Source: Eledone cirrhosa (Eukaryota). Taken from it: a stretch of 64,000 nt of DNA. The stretch covers positions 28,520,001 to 28,584,000 of the forward strand of contig OZ024757.1 in the NCBI GenBank assembly GCA_964016885.1, given 5' to 3'. This document shows positions 27,308 to 41,720 of the stretch, piece after piece. Each line of letters begins with the position of its first letter. Positions within the stretch are counted from its first letter, which is position 1. The notes below the pieces were generated by a model. It saw only the letters and a list, made by a program, of their open reading frames with translations. It did no database searches and had not been told where the DNA came from. Made by a program: the position numbers and the translations under genes.

Positions 27308-27773
27308 TTAAGTGTTTATATTTATTAAAAAAACGTTCCCTTATAATTTTATATAAGAACCTTTGCTAAGTTATGCTTCAAACACCAACTTAATAATGTG
27401 AAAGTTATATCATCATCATCATCATTGTTTAATGTCCATTTTTCACGCTAGCATGGGTTAGGCGAGCTGTCTCATTAGAGGCAAGTTGGGTCAGGTGACC
27501 ATGTCTTGCTCTCATATAGGACAGTTTCAGACTAGATTTCAATGGCTGGATGCCCTTCCTAATGCCAACCACATTTACAGTGTGTGCTGGGTGCTTTTTG
27601 ATGTGTCTTCTATATGTTATATATATTACTAATCATTCCAAATTCTTGAGTCCTTTCAAATGATTTGAAAATCATAGGCAGTATCTTTCATTAGAAATAT
27701 GATAACAAAAGGGTTAAAGTGTTTATATTTATCTAAAAATCCTTCCATCATAACTTTATGTAAGAACATTTAG

Positions 27774-27995
27774 CCTTTTAGCATTTAAACTGGCTGCATC
27801 CGGCCAGAATTCTTTCACCTCTATCTGTTCAAACCAGCTATAACCGGCTGTTCATACTGATGTTAACATATTGTTCTCAAAAATGAATAGTATCAAAATC
27901 TCATAGATTCAATATTATGTGAGATAATTATGTGAGGTACAGCCTTAACCATGAAAATATGATAGTATATATAGAGTAATGTAAATACTAAAGGG
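27774..27995. mobile_element. piggyBac-type MITE (family A) nested in a second TTAA-type repeat
   Basis: Ends aaatactaaaggg|TTAA. The host repeat (family B, ending aagggTTAA at about 27717 and 28103) is related to about 5600-5860 and 31292-31544. Confidence 0.75.
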
Positions 27996-28811
27996 TTAAG
28001 TTATGTTCCAAACACCAACGTAAATCCCTCCAAATTCTTGATATTTTCAAATGATTCGGAAATCATAGGCAGTGTCTTTCAGTAGAAATATGGAAGGGTT
28101 AACATCAGCACCTGGTTCTTGGGTACCTTCAACTGAGTCCACTCTATTGCAAGCAATCAGTCCAGGTGTTTGGTCTAATGATACCTTCCTACCTTCCTTC
28201 TCTTCCTCCCTAGCACCAGGGCTCAGAGGCCCTGAAAATGGTCTCAGAGACCACTGCTACCCTTTTCTGTTCTGATGAAGTAATAAACTAGGGCTACTAC
28301 TGATCACTACCACCACCGTTACTACTACCACTACCTCCATCACCACCACCTCAACTATCACTGCCGTCACCATCAACTACCACCCCTTTCACTGTTACTA
28401 CTACCACACCCACTACTATTACTACAGCCACTACCACCACCACCACCACCACCACTACCACCACTACTACCGCTACCATTACCACTATTCCCACCACTAC
28501 TACTACTAACATCACCACCACTATTACTACTACTACTACTACCACTACCATCACCACCACCACCAATACCCCCACCATTACTACTACAATTCCACTGCCC
28601 CCTCCTCCCTCTCGTTCTTCCCTGCCCTCTATGATATTAAAGACTCTTCATTGGTTTGTCTGCTGCTGATTGCTGCAACTATATCTGTAGCTGCAGCTGC
28701 ACTGTAGCTGCAGCTGCACTGTGTGTTGCAGTTTGTTCCACTTGCAGCAGTTGAGAAAATCAACTGTAGGAATAACGAAACACCATATTGAAAGCTTGTG
28801 TGTGTGTGTCA

Positions 28812-28856
<45 letters not shown>

Positions 28857-29859
28857 AATATGTGTGTGTGTGTGGGTGTGTGTGTGTGTGTGGGTGTGTG
28901 TGTGTGTGTGTCAATATGTGTGTGTGTGTCAATATGTGTGCGTGTGTGTGTCGGAGTATGTATGTCTCAGAGCATGTATGTGCTTGTGCATGTATGTATA
29001 TGTCAGAGCATGTCTGTGAATATGTGCATGTATGTGAATATGTGCATGTATATATGTATGTGAATATGTGCATGTGTATATATATATATATATGTGTGTG
29101 TTTGTGTGTATATGTGTGTCCTCTTGACCATTTGTTTGGTAAGTTTTCTATCGTGGGGTGCCCCTCCTATCATCAACCACACTACTGAATGTACTGGGTG
29201 CATTTTCTCATGGCACATATATATATATATACACACACACGCGTGCACACACAAACATAAACATATATATAAACACACACACTCACATACACATACATAC
29301 ATCATCATCACTTTACATCCTTGAATTGGACAGGTTTACCTGGTCTAAGACTTGACCATGTCTTTCATCTTTGGTGTAGTTTCTAATTGCTGTTTGCCCT
29401 TCCTGATGCCAAACACTTTACAGAGTGTAATATGTACATATTATTAAAGCACTAACACTGCCACTTACAGAGTTTACTGGGTGCATTTTCTCATGGCAGC
29501 AGCACACACACACATCACCACCACAATCATCATCATCATCATCGCTTAACATCCATTTTCCATACTAGCATGGGTAGGATGGAGGACCATGTTTCGCTCA
29601 CACAGAACTGATTTTGGCTTGCTTTCTACTGCTGGATGCCTTTCTTAACGCCAACCATATTTACAGTGTGGGCTGGGTGCTTTTGTCGTGACTCCAGGGG
29701 GACCACTTTATTGGTATCCACCTGTATATAGTGGGGCCGATAACATTTATGGAACTCCATGAAGCTTTGAAGAGATAGTTTCAATGAGATCAGGTGTAGA
29801 GAGCTTTAGTTTCTGACGTTGGCTCTCATTGTATAAGGGTCCATTGAAGAGAGTCATTG

Positions 29860-29942
<83 letters not shown>

Positions 29943-30494
29943 TGTGTTTTGAACAATGAAAATAAAACAAAAGTCCAAGATATGTTCTTAATTAGTTCAT
30001 TGTTTTACGATTAGTTCAGAGGGATGATTAGCCATTGGCCATGATCAATCAACCCTCCGAAACAATCATAAAACAATGAACTAATGAAGAACTTATCTTT
30101 GACTGTTGTTTTATTTTCATTGTTCAATAAATCTATCATAATCATAATCATCACCACATAAAATCTACTTTCCAGTCTTGCATGGGTTAGATGGGTTGGC
30201 CACGTTATGAGACATGTCTGGCCAGCTGGTCATGCCATACTTGTTCAAATGAAACTGTGTTTTGGCTGGGATTTTTACCTTATATATATATAGATAGATT
30301 CATAAGTGGGATAAGTTAGTAAGATAAAATCTTAAAAAATTAACTATACTTACATCAGACATCCCAACCATGGTTTCACACACACACAAATGTGAAGACT
30401 AAAATCTGAAGAGGGCTCAATAAGGATTATATATATATATAAAATATATATATAAAAACCTGTAGAGTAAATATTTATTATATGTACAGATTAA

Positions 30495-30546
30495 AGTTTC
30501 AGCAAAGAATTGCTGCTTTCACCCTTTTACGGGATCTTCTGAAACT
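30495..30546 (-). ncRNA. Decayed hammerhead motif
   Basis: Minus strand: agttt-CAGAAGA-tccc gtaaaa gggt-GAAA-gca...tgc-TG-aaact. All three stems are present, but U4>A and G at position 17 predict inactivity. Confidence 0.45.
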
Positions 30547-30794
30547 ATATATATTAATTTTATCATTTTATGTCTGCTTTTATATATATTTAGGGATTGT
30601 AAACGTCCAGTTACTGTAGGTTCACCAGTGTGAGCACTCAATGTGTGGTTTCTAGTAGGTATACAAATGCAGTACTAAGCAGAGTGTAGTAATACTAATA
30701 ATAAAAAGGACGATTTGTTATGTCTTCATTACGTTTATTGAGTAGTTTTGCTATTGATCAGCTCAAGGTTTGATCTTTATCATTACCACAGCAG

Positions 30795-30882
30795 AGGTCT
30801 GATGAGCTTTTGATTCCATAGTCAGGCCAGATCGATACAGATGGAACCTTGAGCTGATCAATAGCGAAATATGCGCCACTAC
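30795..30882 (+). ncRNA. Decayed hammerhead motif with long stem II, inside fold-back element
   Basis: CTGATGA-gcttttgat...atcaatagc-GAAA-tatgcg. Same architecture as 55350-55441; stems I and III are degenerate. Confidence 0.45.
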
Positions 30883-31697
30883 TCAATAAACGTAATGAAG
30901 ACATAATGAATTGTCCTTTTTATTATCATTATGTATTACGGCCCTTTATGATCTGAGTTCAAATCCTGCCGAGGTTAACTTTACCTTTCATCTTTACGGG
31001 GTCGATAAAATAAAGTACCAGTAATACACTGGGATAATTGCTGGCCTTGTGCCAAAAGTAGAAACAATTATGTATATATATGTATACACACACACACATA
31101 TATATATATATCCATATATATATACATACACATACTCATACACTGACATATATATATATATATACATTTACCTCTTAATTTTACACACACACACATATCT
31201 GTATGTGTGTGTGTTAGTGTATATAATGTTATATACACTAATACACACACATATCTGTATGTGTATGTGTAAGTGTATATAATATTATATGCGTGATGAA
31301 TCCTTTTATTACCAAACTGCCTGAGACTGCCTGTACTGAAATGTTTATTTTTAAATTAAAATCTGAATCAAAATCTTTATAACATGAATGATATGAGATA
31401 TCAGACCATAATATATATTTATATCAGTGTATAAAGATATTGCACTAAACTCCACTGAAAAATCTTGATTATATTGAAAATCAATTGTTGAAACACACAT
31501 AGGCAGTAATCTATCTGTTAGAGATATAGTCACGAAAGGGTTAAAGAGAGATAGGATTTTGTCAGTTCCAACACACAGTCGAAGATAAATCACTTACCAA
31601 ACAAGAATTTGTGTGTATGTGTGTGTGTGTTTGTCTGTACGTGTATATATATGTGTATATCTTGGTAGCAGGGAAAATGGACCATAAACGATATATA

Positions 31698-31768
<71 letters not shown>

Positions 31769-31772
31769 ACAC

Positions 31773-31805
<33 letters not shown>

Positions 31806-31828
31806 TATATATATATATATATACACAC

Positions 31829-31861
<33 letters not shown>

Positions 31862-31874
31862 TATATATATATAT

Positions 31875-31917
<43 letters not shown>

Positions 31918-31952
31918 TGTGCAACCACGCAGTATTCTTCTTTCTTCTCATG

Positions 31953-32039
<87 letters not shown>

Positions 32040-32263
32040 TATATATATATATATATACATACATATATATACATTTCAGAGGGTAAAGTTCTCTTAAACA
32101 AGAATTAGTAATGTATATGTATGTGTGTGTTTATATATTTAAACACACACACACTCACAAACACAAACACGCGCACACACAGTCAGTCTAACTCATGCAT
32201 GCATGGGAAAATGAATATAAAATGTTTGATGATGATATATATTGGTTATTCGGGCCCGGTATT

Positions 32264-32318
<55 letters not shown>

Positions 32319-34238
32319 ACAAATACCGGGGCCCGACTGACCAATTCCTCTTTTCACCAGTCTCTATTGAGACCTCTGTAGTCTCCGGTCCCAGCACTAC
32401 TTATTTCCTCCAGAAAGATGGCAGCCCGCTTGAGGAGGGAGCCCGTGAGGTGAGGTGGCTGATGCAGTGAGTGCCGCTGGCCATTCTCTGCAGTAACACT
32501 TTTACTGTTTTGTCCATGGAGCATGGCTGAGGCACCACTCAGATTGGGGTGTAGTCACTATCCCACTCCCTTTCTTTCACCTCTTGATCCTTCTTTCTTT
32601 TTCTCCTCTTCATTATCTTCTTTCTTCTTCCCTTTCTGTTCCCTATGGTAATGTGCTTTGTTTTTATTAGCTACTGCTCAATTATTTTTATCTAATGTCA
32701 GTGGCCTTTCATGGCATTGTGAGATTTTGTATATTGACTAAATTGTATGATAACACACACTTATGTATAAATAAAACAATGCCTGTGTGTCTGTCTATGA
32801 AAATCTTGGACTAAAATCAATGCTCTGTGGCATGGTCCCCAATGATGATGTTAAAACAGCATATGCACCCCATATACACATCCCCACTCAATTTTTTATT
32901 ATTATTTTTTTCAAAATTCTTGCCAAAAGTAACAGCCCTGTAGCATTACCCCTAACAATTCAGGCCCACTGCACATCTTGCTGGAACCTTACTTGCACTA
33001 AGGTCTCCGTCAATGCATATGTCTGATTATACATAGTTATTTTTCTGTTATTGTTGATTTAAGGACATGGTCTGTGGAAGAATGATAGCAGCACTAATGA
33101 CCTTCTTCAAGGCCTCCAAGGGTGGTAAATGGAAGGATATTTGTACCTCAAAGACTGGTGAGGAGACAGGCACCTGTGTCCATGACTTTTTTCAGGAGCC
33201 CCAAGTCTGGTCAGAAAAAGAGCACTTGTGCCTGTGACCCTTTTCACAGTCTGGAAGACTAGTGAGATGAAGGGCAGCCTTTCTAAGAACCCCTTTCAGG
33301 GTTTTCTACAACTGATGGCATGGGAGGAATCAGTGTTCATGTCACTTTTCAGGAGTTTGGAGACCTGGCCTTGAATGCTCTGCAACCAACTGTTGATTGG
33401 GTTACTTATCATTAGAAATGACAGAAGCCCAACAACAAAAACCACATATAGGAGTACCATAATCGATTCACAGCTTAAGGATTCTCAGGGTCTTAGTTTA
33501 ACCCCCAGTTTTGAAATTTTGCCAAAGTCCCACAGTTTTATGAGCAATCTCGCCTGATCTTTTAACAACAGGGTAAAGACGGCCCTCAGGATTTGAGTGA
33601 GGTGGGGGTGAATGGCAGTTAGTTTTGAAAGCCAAATTTATTGGTCTGTCATGACGATTGGAACTGAATAGTTTTATACAAGCACATACATCATATTGTC
33701 ATGGCAGTGTACAGCAGCAAGCAGGCTTTCTTAATTATCACATTGTTAAAGAACATGGCAATATAAAATTCTTAGCCTCCTCTGCAGCCACGACCACCTC
33801 CATCAACTCCTCCAACACCACCACAACCAACACTATCACCACCAAAACAAAACAACAACATTGTACACTTATGCACATTTGAACAGGGAATGTAAAGAGT
33901 CTTTGTGCACCAAAATATACATAAGCAGATACACACACACATTCACACACATAAATGCGCGCACACAAACATATATATATACACACGCAAATATATATAT
34001 ATGCATGTATGAGCATGCACATAAATATACACACACAAATATATATATGCATATATGAGCATACAGATATATACACACATATATATATATGCATATATGA
34101 GCATACAGATCTATATATATACACACACGCAAATATAGATATGCATGTATGAGCCTACACAGATATATACACACACAAATATATATATATATGCATATAT
34201 GAGCATACAGATATATATATATGCATGTATGAGCACAC

Positions 34239-34269
<31 letters not shown>

Positions 34270-34379
34270 AAATAGACTCATGCAAACACACACACACTCA
34301 AAAACATATACATACACATCTCACTAAAACACACACACACAGAGATATGCAGATACACATATACATATATACATGCTCA

Positions 34380-34720
34380 TATACACACATAGACAAATAT
34401 TCAATGAAAATCCTTCCCTATACATATAGGTAAATATATCTATACATACACATATACACACATATTCAATGACCACCTTCCCTATACATATAAACATATA
34501 TATATACATATATATACATATATATACACACATATTCAATGACCACTTTCCCTATACATATATATATATACATATATTTTCAATGACAATATTTCCCTAT
34601 ATATATAGGCAGATATATACATATTTATACACATATACACACATATTCAATGACAATCCTTCCCCCTACATATAGGCAGATATGTACACATATATACACA
34701 CATATTCAATGACTGCCCTA
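34380..34720. repeat. Degenerate tandem repeat of about 60 bp
   Basis: cacatattcaatgac...ccctatacatat recurs about 6 times. Confidence 0.75.
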
Positions 34721-35254
34721 CACACAAACACACAAAACAAACCTATAATGAAATATAAAAATATGGCTAAGTTTTTTTTTTCTATCTGTGAAAATAACAG
34801 AGGTCTTTGGTTATTTCTTAGTTGAAGAAAGACAAAAATCAAAGAAAAGCTAGTATTTTTCATAAGACAGTCAACAGCTTTGTATAACGAGTGTATATAA
34901 TAGTGTAGTTAATAGCAGAGTGGATAGAGTAGTAAAGTATTTATTATTAGAGTTAGATGAATATAATTTCTATACACTGGTAAATGGATAATAGAATCTA
35001 ATAGAAATAATGAAAGCAATTTATATATATATTTATGTATGTATGTAATGTATATGTATATATAGGTGTGTGTATATATATATATATAGAGAGAGAGGGA
35101 TATGATGATGATGATGATGATGATAATCTTGCGAGTACACTGGTAAAACTCCAGAGTAACAAGGCTGATCACTTAGCCATAATAAAGATTATATATATAT
35201 ATATATACCTTGATATGTACAGACATAGATAGATAAATAAATTGATTGATATAT

Positions 35255-35600
35255 AAAGATGAGAAACAGACTGACAGATAGATAGATAGATATGGAGGTA
35301 GAAAGATAGATATCCAAAGATAACAGGCAGACTGACAGATTGTTAGACAAAGATGAGACAGGGGAAATGATGCTGTAGAAACAGGAGAGAGGTTAGGAGT
35401 AATAGAATGATAGGTAGATAGATATGACAAGCGGACTGACAGGTAGTTAGATAGAGATGAAACAGAAAAAAATGGTGCTGTAGAAACAGGAGAGAGGGTA
35501 GGGGTAATAGAATAATAGGTAGATAGATAGAGATGCCAGACAGACCGACAGATAGTTAAATAAAGATGAGACAGAAAAAATGGTGCTGTAGAAATAGAAG
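35255..35600. repeat. Tandem repeat of about 105-110 bp, about 3 copies
   Basis: gatgagacag...atggtgctgtagaaacaggagagagg recurs. Confidence 0.75.
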
Positions 35601-36127
35601 AAAGGAGGAAGGTGGACAAAAAAAATGGCTGCCATTTGTAACAGTGGTAGCACAAGTTACACACAATAGCCATTTATAAAGCAGTCCATACTGAATGTCT
35701 TTCAATGATATTATCTGAGAAATGAACGAAATTCTCTTGGAATTACTGTAATATTCAAAATCTGTCATTTATTTGCTTCGAAACACCGCGGTCAAAGAGA
35801 TTATATATTCATTGTGTATTGTTATGTTGTATGTGTTGTGTTGTGTGTATGTGTGTGTATGTATTATATATGTATTGTGTTGTATGTGTAAGTGTGTGTA
35901 TTGAATAAGTATTATTGTATTGAATGTGTGTATATGTGTGTATTGTATATTGTATACATGCCTGTTGGAATGTTTGAGTATGTGTGTGTGTGTAGTAGGG
36001 TAAACGGATGTAAAATAACGAAGATGATGATGATGATGATGATGATATATATATATATATATACCTACCTCCTATATACTATGTAGATATTTATCTCCCA
36101 TTTGCTCTCTCTGGATGGATATATATA

Positions 36128-36205
36128 CAGGGTGTCCCAAAAAATGTATACATACTTCAACAGCATTCTATTGAATATGCGTAAACATTTTTTGGGGACA
36201 CCCTG
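36128..36205. mobile_element. Tiny Tc1/mariner-type MITE (78 bp)
   Basis: TA|CAGGGTGTCCC...GGGACACCCTG|TA. Relatives at 43051-43149 and 61516-61597, all in TA-rich tracts. Confidence 0.8.
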
Positions 36206-36240
<35 letters not shown>

Positions 36241-37992
36241 ATACTGATATCAACATAAAAGTGTTGATTATATATATATGAACATAAATGTGTTGATTAT
36301 ACATATATAAACATATATTATACATGTACATACATACATATATATACATATATATGTACATATATGTATGTATTTACATATGTGTGTGTGTGAGTGCACA
36401 TACATTAAATTAAATTTCAACATTTCAGACAAAAAAAGTAATGATAAAGATATTCATATTTGAAATAAGTTAATTTTTGTTTGATTTCCTTTGAGGAAGC
36501 AAGATATCAATTATTATTGAACTGAAAGAAATGCAACAATTTATTGAACTGTTAATAAGATAAATAGTAAATAGAAAGACTATAAAACACACTGAATGAC
36601 TCAAACTGACAATTATACCAGCAACACCTCAACACACCACTACACCCTTTCACCACCATGCCACTATACCAATACACCACTCCACCAACACCTCAACACA
36701 TAACTATACCACTACGCCACTATACCAACACACCACCACGCTACTATACTAACAGACTACTCCACCAACAGCTCAACACACCACTATACCACCATGCCAC
36801 TATACCAACATACCACCACCTCAATACACCATTATACAAACACATCAAACACAACACTACACCAACACACCAAAAAAACACCCCTTTACCAACATGCAAA
36901 CATACCACTACACAAGGGCCTCCAAGAGAAATTTTGCAAGGCAGTACAAGACCCCTTTGGAGCCCAAAGCAGGAAAAGATTTTTCTCAAAATGGATGTTG
37001 CATGGTTGCTGTGGGGGCATTCTTAGCTTTTGGGCCCGGAACAAAGTACTAACTGGAACCCCCTTACATAGGCCCTGATTACACCAACACAACACTACAC
37101 CAACATACCACAACACCAACACACCAACCTCCTTAACACATCTGAAGTTCCCTCTCAACTACTTGTATGGCAAGTTTACTACAGCTGGAGGTCCTTCCTA
37201 ACACCAACCACTTTACACAGTGTATTGCATACATTTTATTGTGGAGGGTCTGTCAGTCATTGACTTCACTGAAGAGCCCTCTCTAACACTATAAATGAGG
37301 TTGGTGCTAGGAAGGGCACCCAGCTGTAGAAACCAAGCCAAAATCAGTTCTGTATGAGTAAGACATGGTCACTTGACCTACCAACCTAGCATTGCCCACA
37401 GCAAGACAACTCATGCTAGTGTGGAAAATGGATGTAAAACAGTGATGATGATGATAATATATATACACACACACTCACATAGACATATGTATAAATATAT
37501 GTCTCTCTCTACCTACATATATATATATATATATATAAACACATACATACACACATAAACTTACAAACATTTATTTGTGTTTGTGTGTGTATGCATGTAT
37601 GTATATGTATGTTTGTGTATGCATGTATATGTATGTGTGTGTATGAACCAACTCAATAAAAAGTCTATAACACAAAAATACGATAATGAAAGAACAACTG
37701 AATATTGAAAATAAAAATATTTGTAAGTTGACATGTTGAAACTTGATGTCAATATGTATGTGTGTGAGTGTGTGTGTATGAGTGTGTGAGAGAGAGAGAG
37801 TGTGTGTATGAGTGTGTGTTTATGTGTGTTGAGAACTTAAACAACAAGGAAAAGAGCACTCTCTATGTAGAGACAGAGCAAACTTTTTATAAATCCTAAA
37901 CTCTAAACTTATATAACTTTGCTTTTGGTTTCATTGCTAAAGGGATATATATATATATATATAAATATATACATATATATCCCTTTAGCAAT

Positions 37993-38023
<31 letters not shown>

Positions 38024-38053
38024 GTAGTAATACAACAGTTAGTTCACCATACC

Positions 38054-38090
38054 AAGAACAAATGTTTCACTTTGTGCGGATCTTCAGCTC
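38054..38090 (-). ncRNA. Hammerhead motif inside fold-back element
   Basis: Minus strand: gag-CTGAAGA-tccgcacaaagt-GAAA-catttg-TT-ctt. The opposite arm carries the 3' half on + (ccacataaggt-GAAA-caattg-TT-ctcag). Stem II is partly decayed. Confidence 0.55.
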
Positions 38091-39489
38091 CACATAAGGT
38101 GAAACAATTGTTCTCAGTATGGTGAATTAACTGTTGTGTTACTACTTCTACCAAACTCGTCCCATGGACTGAGTGCTCTACCACTACGGATATTACCTTG
38201 CAGTGTTCTACCTCTCTCTCTATATATATATAATTGTTTCTACTTTTGGCACAAGGACAGCGATTATCCCAGTGCATTACTGGTATTTTACTTTATCGAC
38301 CCCGTAAGGATGAAAGACAAAGTTATCCTTGACGGGATTCGAACTCAGACCGTAAAGGGTCGTAACTTTATGCTGCAAAGTATGGCGTCAGACCCTCTAT
38401 CGACCCTCTACTGCCAATCCATAATATACATACACATACACACACATATATATATACATACACATACACACACATATATATATGTATTTATTTTTTTCTT
38501 ATACATTTGTCTTATATTTTCATAAAGTTTCTTCTTCTTCTTCTTTCATTATTTCCTTCTTTCTTTCTTTCACCCATTCATTCCTTTAATCCTGTCAGTC
38601 CATTGACCCTTCTCCCTACAATTGTTAAGCAACGTACAACACTGGCCTTGAGTTAGGTTAAGGGGTGGTATTGGATGGAAGGGTGGGTGGGGGATATACT
38701 CTCTCCAAAGCCCCTCCCTCCACATATTCTTCCATCACCACCCATTCCTCCCACCCCTCACATACTATTTCCCCTTTTCTTCCAAGACAACAACCACCAC
38801 CATCTCCACCACCACACCACAGCCATCTATTCTTCCCTTCCTTCATTCCCCCACCACCACCTGTTCCCGTCCTCCACCTCCACGACACCACCACTCCCTC
38901 CCTACTGTCCCCCCCCCCCTCCTGCCGCTCTGTTGCACAATGAAACTGCATTCATGCTTCACACAGCAGATGCCCCCCCCCCCAGTCGCAGCAGCAGCGA
39001 TGTCGTTGTATATCAACAGATGAATAATTTGTAAGGCACAATCAAACAGCTATTAACATACACGCTGCATTAGCTACACTGAGACTTGCACAAACATAAC
39101 GCAACAACAACAACAGCAGCAGCAACAACAATAATAGCCACAACAGCTACAACAACTAGAGAAGAAAGACAACCAAATAAATCTATAAAAAGAAATGTAT
39201 AGTAAACAATAATACATATATATTCATATCATCATCACCGTTTTACGTCCCTTTACGATCTGAGTTCAAATCCCGCCGAGGTTGACTTTGCCTTTCATCC
39301 TTACGGGGTCGATAAAATAAATTGCTGGCCTTGTGCCTAAAGTAGAAACAATTATTTATACTCCAGTCCTACAAACTGTAGAGTGCTACTTATCCGATAT
39401 TTGCATTGCTTTATTGTACTACAATAAAACTCACCTCCTACATATATATATATATATATGTCTGACTGCATGTCTACAGACCTACATTT

Positions 39490-39826
39490 TTCATTTCATT
39501 TCATTTTACGTCCGCTTTTCCCTGCTTGCAAGGGTGGGACGGGAACTGATTCTGGCTTGATTTCTACAGCTGGATGCCCTTCCTAACACCAACCTCATTT
39601 ACAGTGAGTGCTGGGTGCTTTTTTACCGTGGCACCTCCAAGACCACTTTGCAGTGGAATGATAGAGACCCCAGTCCCTATCATCTCATTTCTACAGCTGA
39701 GTAAACTGGAGCAATGTGAAATAAAGTGTCTTGCTCAAGGAAACAACACATCACCCGGTCTGAGAATTGAACTCACAACCTTTCGATTGCAAGGCCAATG
39801 CTCTAACCACTAAGCCATGTGCCTCC
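39490..39826 (-). mobile_element. Full-length SINE, near-identical to 6319-6650
   Basis: Reverse-complement match over the whole length. A headless copy lies at about 12253-12447 (-). Confidence 0.9.
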
Positions 39827-41114
39827 ATATATAAATATATATACACAGGTATGTAGACATGAAAAGGCTCGCTATCTGCATATCTCTTCATCTATCCTTC
39901 TCTTCCTCTCCTTCACACACTTTCTCTCATCTCTCACCCCTCCCCCCATCCAGGTACATAGTTATCCACCCAGATTGAATTCCAGGGTATTAACCTGATC
40001 TTCTGTCATCTGAGTACATCTCCCCCCCCCCTCTCTCTCATATACATACACATGTGCACACATATCCATTCATACATACACACACAAGCGCAGATATCAC
40101 TCTCACATATGCACAGACATATGTGCATACACATGCTCACACACATGTGCATGGACATATGTGCACACATGCAGACACTGTAGAAACATAAACACACATA
40201 CACTTGTGCACAAGCATACACACACGTGCACAAACATATGCACATACACAATGCACACACATGCATAGCATAAATTCAACTGTAAGTGAACTAGACATTG
40301 AAACATATAAACTTATAGAATAGATTATTCACTGCTAGAAACCAAGGTAATCTTTGCCATTCGAAATTTAAAGATCTATAGAATAAAGTACTAGTTATAT
40401 GCTGGGGTCTATTTCCTTCACTTTCCGCTCCTCTTGAATATCTAGACTTTTGTCTGTACCTTTCTGGTGTTTTGTGTGTAGTCAGTTTAGAAGAAGTATG
40501 CCTTATCCCATTGTTTTGTAAGATGCAACTGAAAGAGTTGTCACCTGGTAAAAGATTGGTCAGAAAGGACCTCATGATAAATATGAACCCTATCACAGAC
40601 CCATGAGGCTACCACCTAGCTTTAGTATGGAAAAAACGGCTTTAAAATGCTTCATGTTGTTCTTGTTTACCTATTTTAATCCTTCAGCATTCTCTCACAT
40701 CTTTGTGTTCAAACAGGTTGCTCATACTGATATTAAGGTATTGTTCTCAAAATAAATATCATCAAAATCTCATAGATTCGATATTATGTGACTCAATTCT
40801 GACATCGTGTGTGTGTGTGTGTCTGTCTGTGTGTGTGTGTGTGAAGAACAAGGATTAACAAGGATTTTAATGAAATCATTTATTGTTTTACCTATCTTGC
40901 TGTAACTGTAAAATTATATTGGGCTTTTAAAATGTTCCTTGCCATTATATGTTTGGATTATCAACTCACTTAGACTTGTGTATATATATATATATATATA
41001 TATATACTCAAACATCATCATTTCTCTGCTTGCAAGGGTTTGATTCCTTATATATATATTTTACGTGTGTTGTGTTGAAGCAAATAACTATGTGTATACT
41101 CTGGGAATGTATCT

Positions 41115-41160
<46 letters not shown>

Positions 41161-41464
41161 TCGATCCCAGTGCAATAAAGTACCGGTAAATTGCTGGCCT
41201 TGTGTTTAAAAGTAGAAACGATTGTTATTATGATTATTGAGGGTGGTGGATTGGCAGTATCTGTAGAGCGTCAGACACCATGTTTTGCAGCATAGAGACA
41301 CGGCCCTTTACATTCTGTGTTCAAATCCTGCCGAGGTTAGCTTTGCCTTTCATCCTTACGGGTTCGATAAAATAAAGCATCAGTAAAATGTACTGGGATT
41401 TGATTTAATCGACTTTCGCCGATCTTTAAATTGCTGGCCTTGTGCCTAAAGTAGAAATAAACAA

Positions 41465-41615
41465 TACGCCATGGCGTTCGTTTGTTGTGATTATTACGCC
41501 ATTGCGTCCGGTTACGCATGCTCAATGACAAAAGAAATTAATTACATCCGGTGCCAAAATTTACAAACACGTGCGCCAAACTAAACAAACGTATGCAACA
41601 GGTTTTCCCGGAGAT
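41465..41615. promoter_or_regulatory. CpG-rich promoter-like patch
   Basis: Dense CpG in a CpG-poor window; two CGCCAT (YY1-like) cores, CACGTG and ACGCATGC; directly upstream of the candidate first exon. Confidence 0.35.
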
Positions 41616-41689
41616 ATTGTTGAAAAACATCAAGGAAATCATATTTATTACATAGTATTTGATATATACACTATGTATCTTTATTAAAT

Positions 41690-41720
41690 ATGGTAAACCT
41701 TCGTTTACTTTTAGATAAAG
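41690..41720 (+). CDS. Candidate first coding exon (MVNLRLLLDK, phase 1) of an unidentified host gene
   Basis: aatATGG Kozak-like start; strong donor AAG|GTGAGT; CpG-rich unique sequence upstream; phase-compatible with 54301-54398. Confidence 0.4.
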
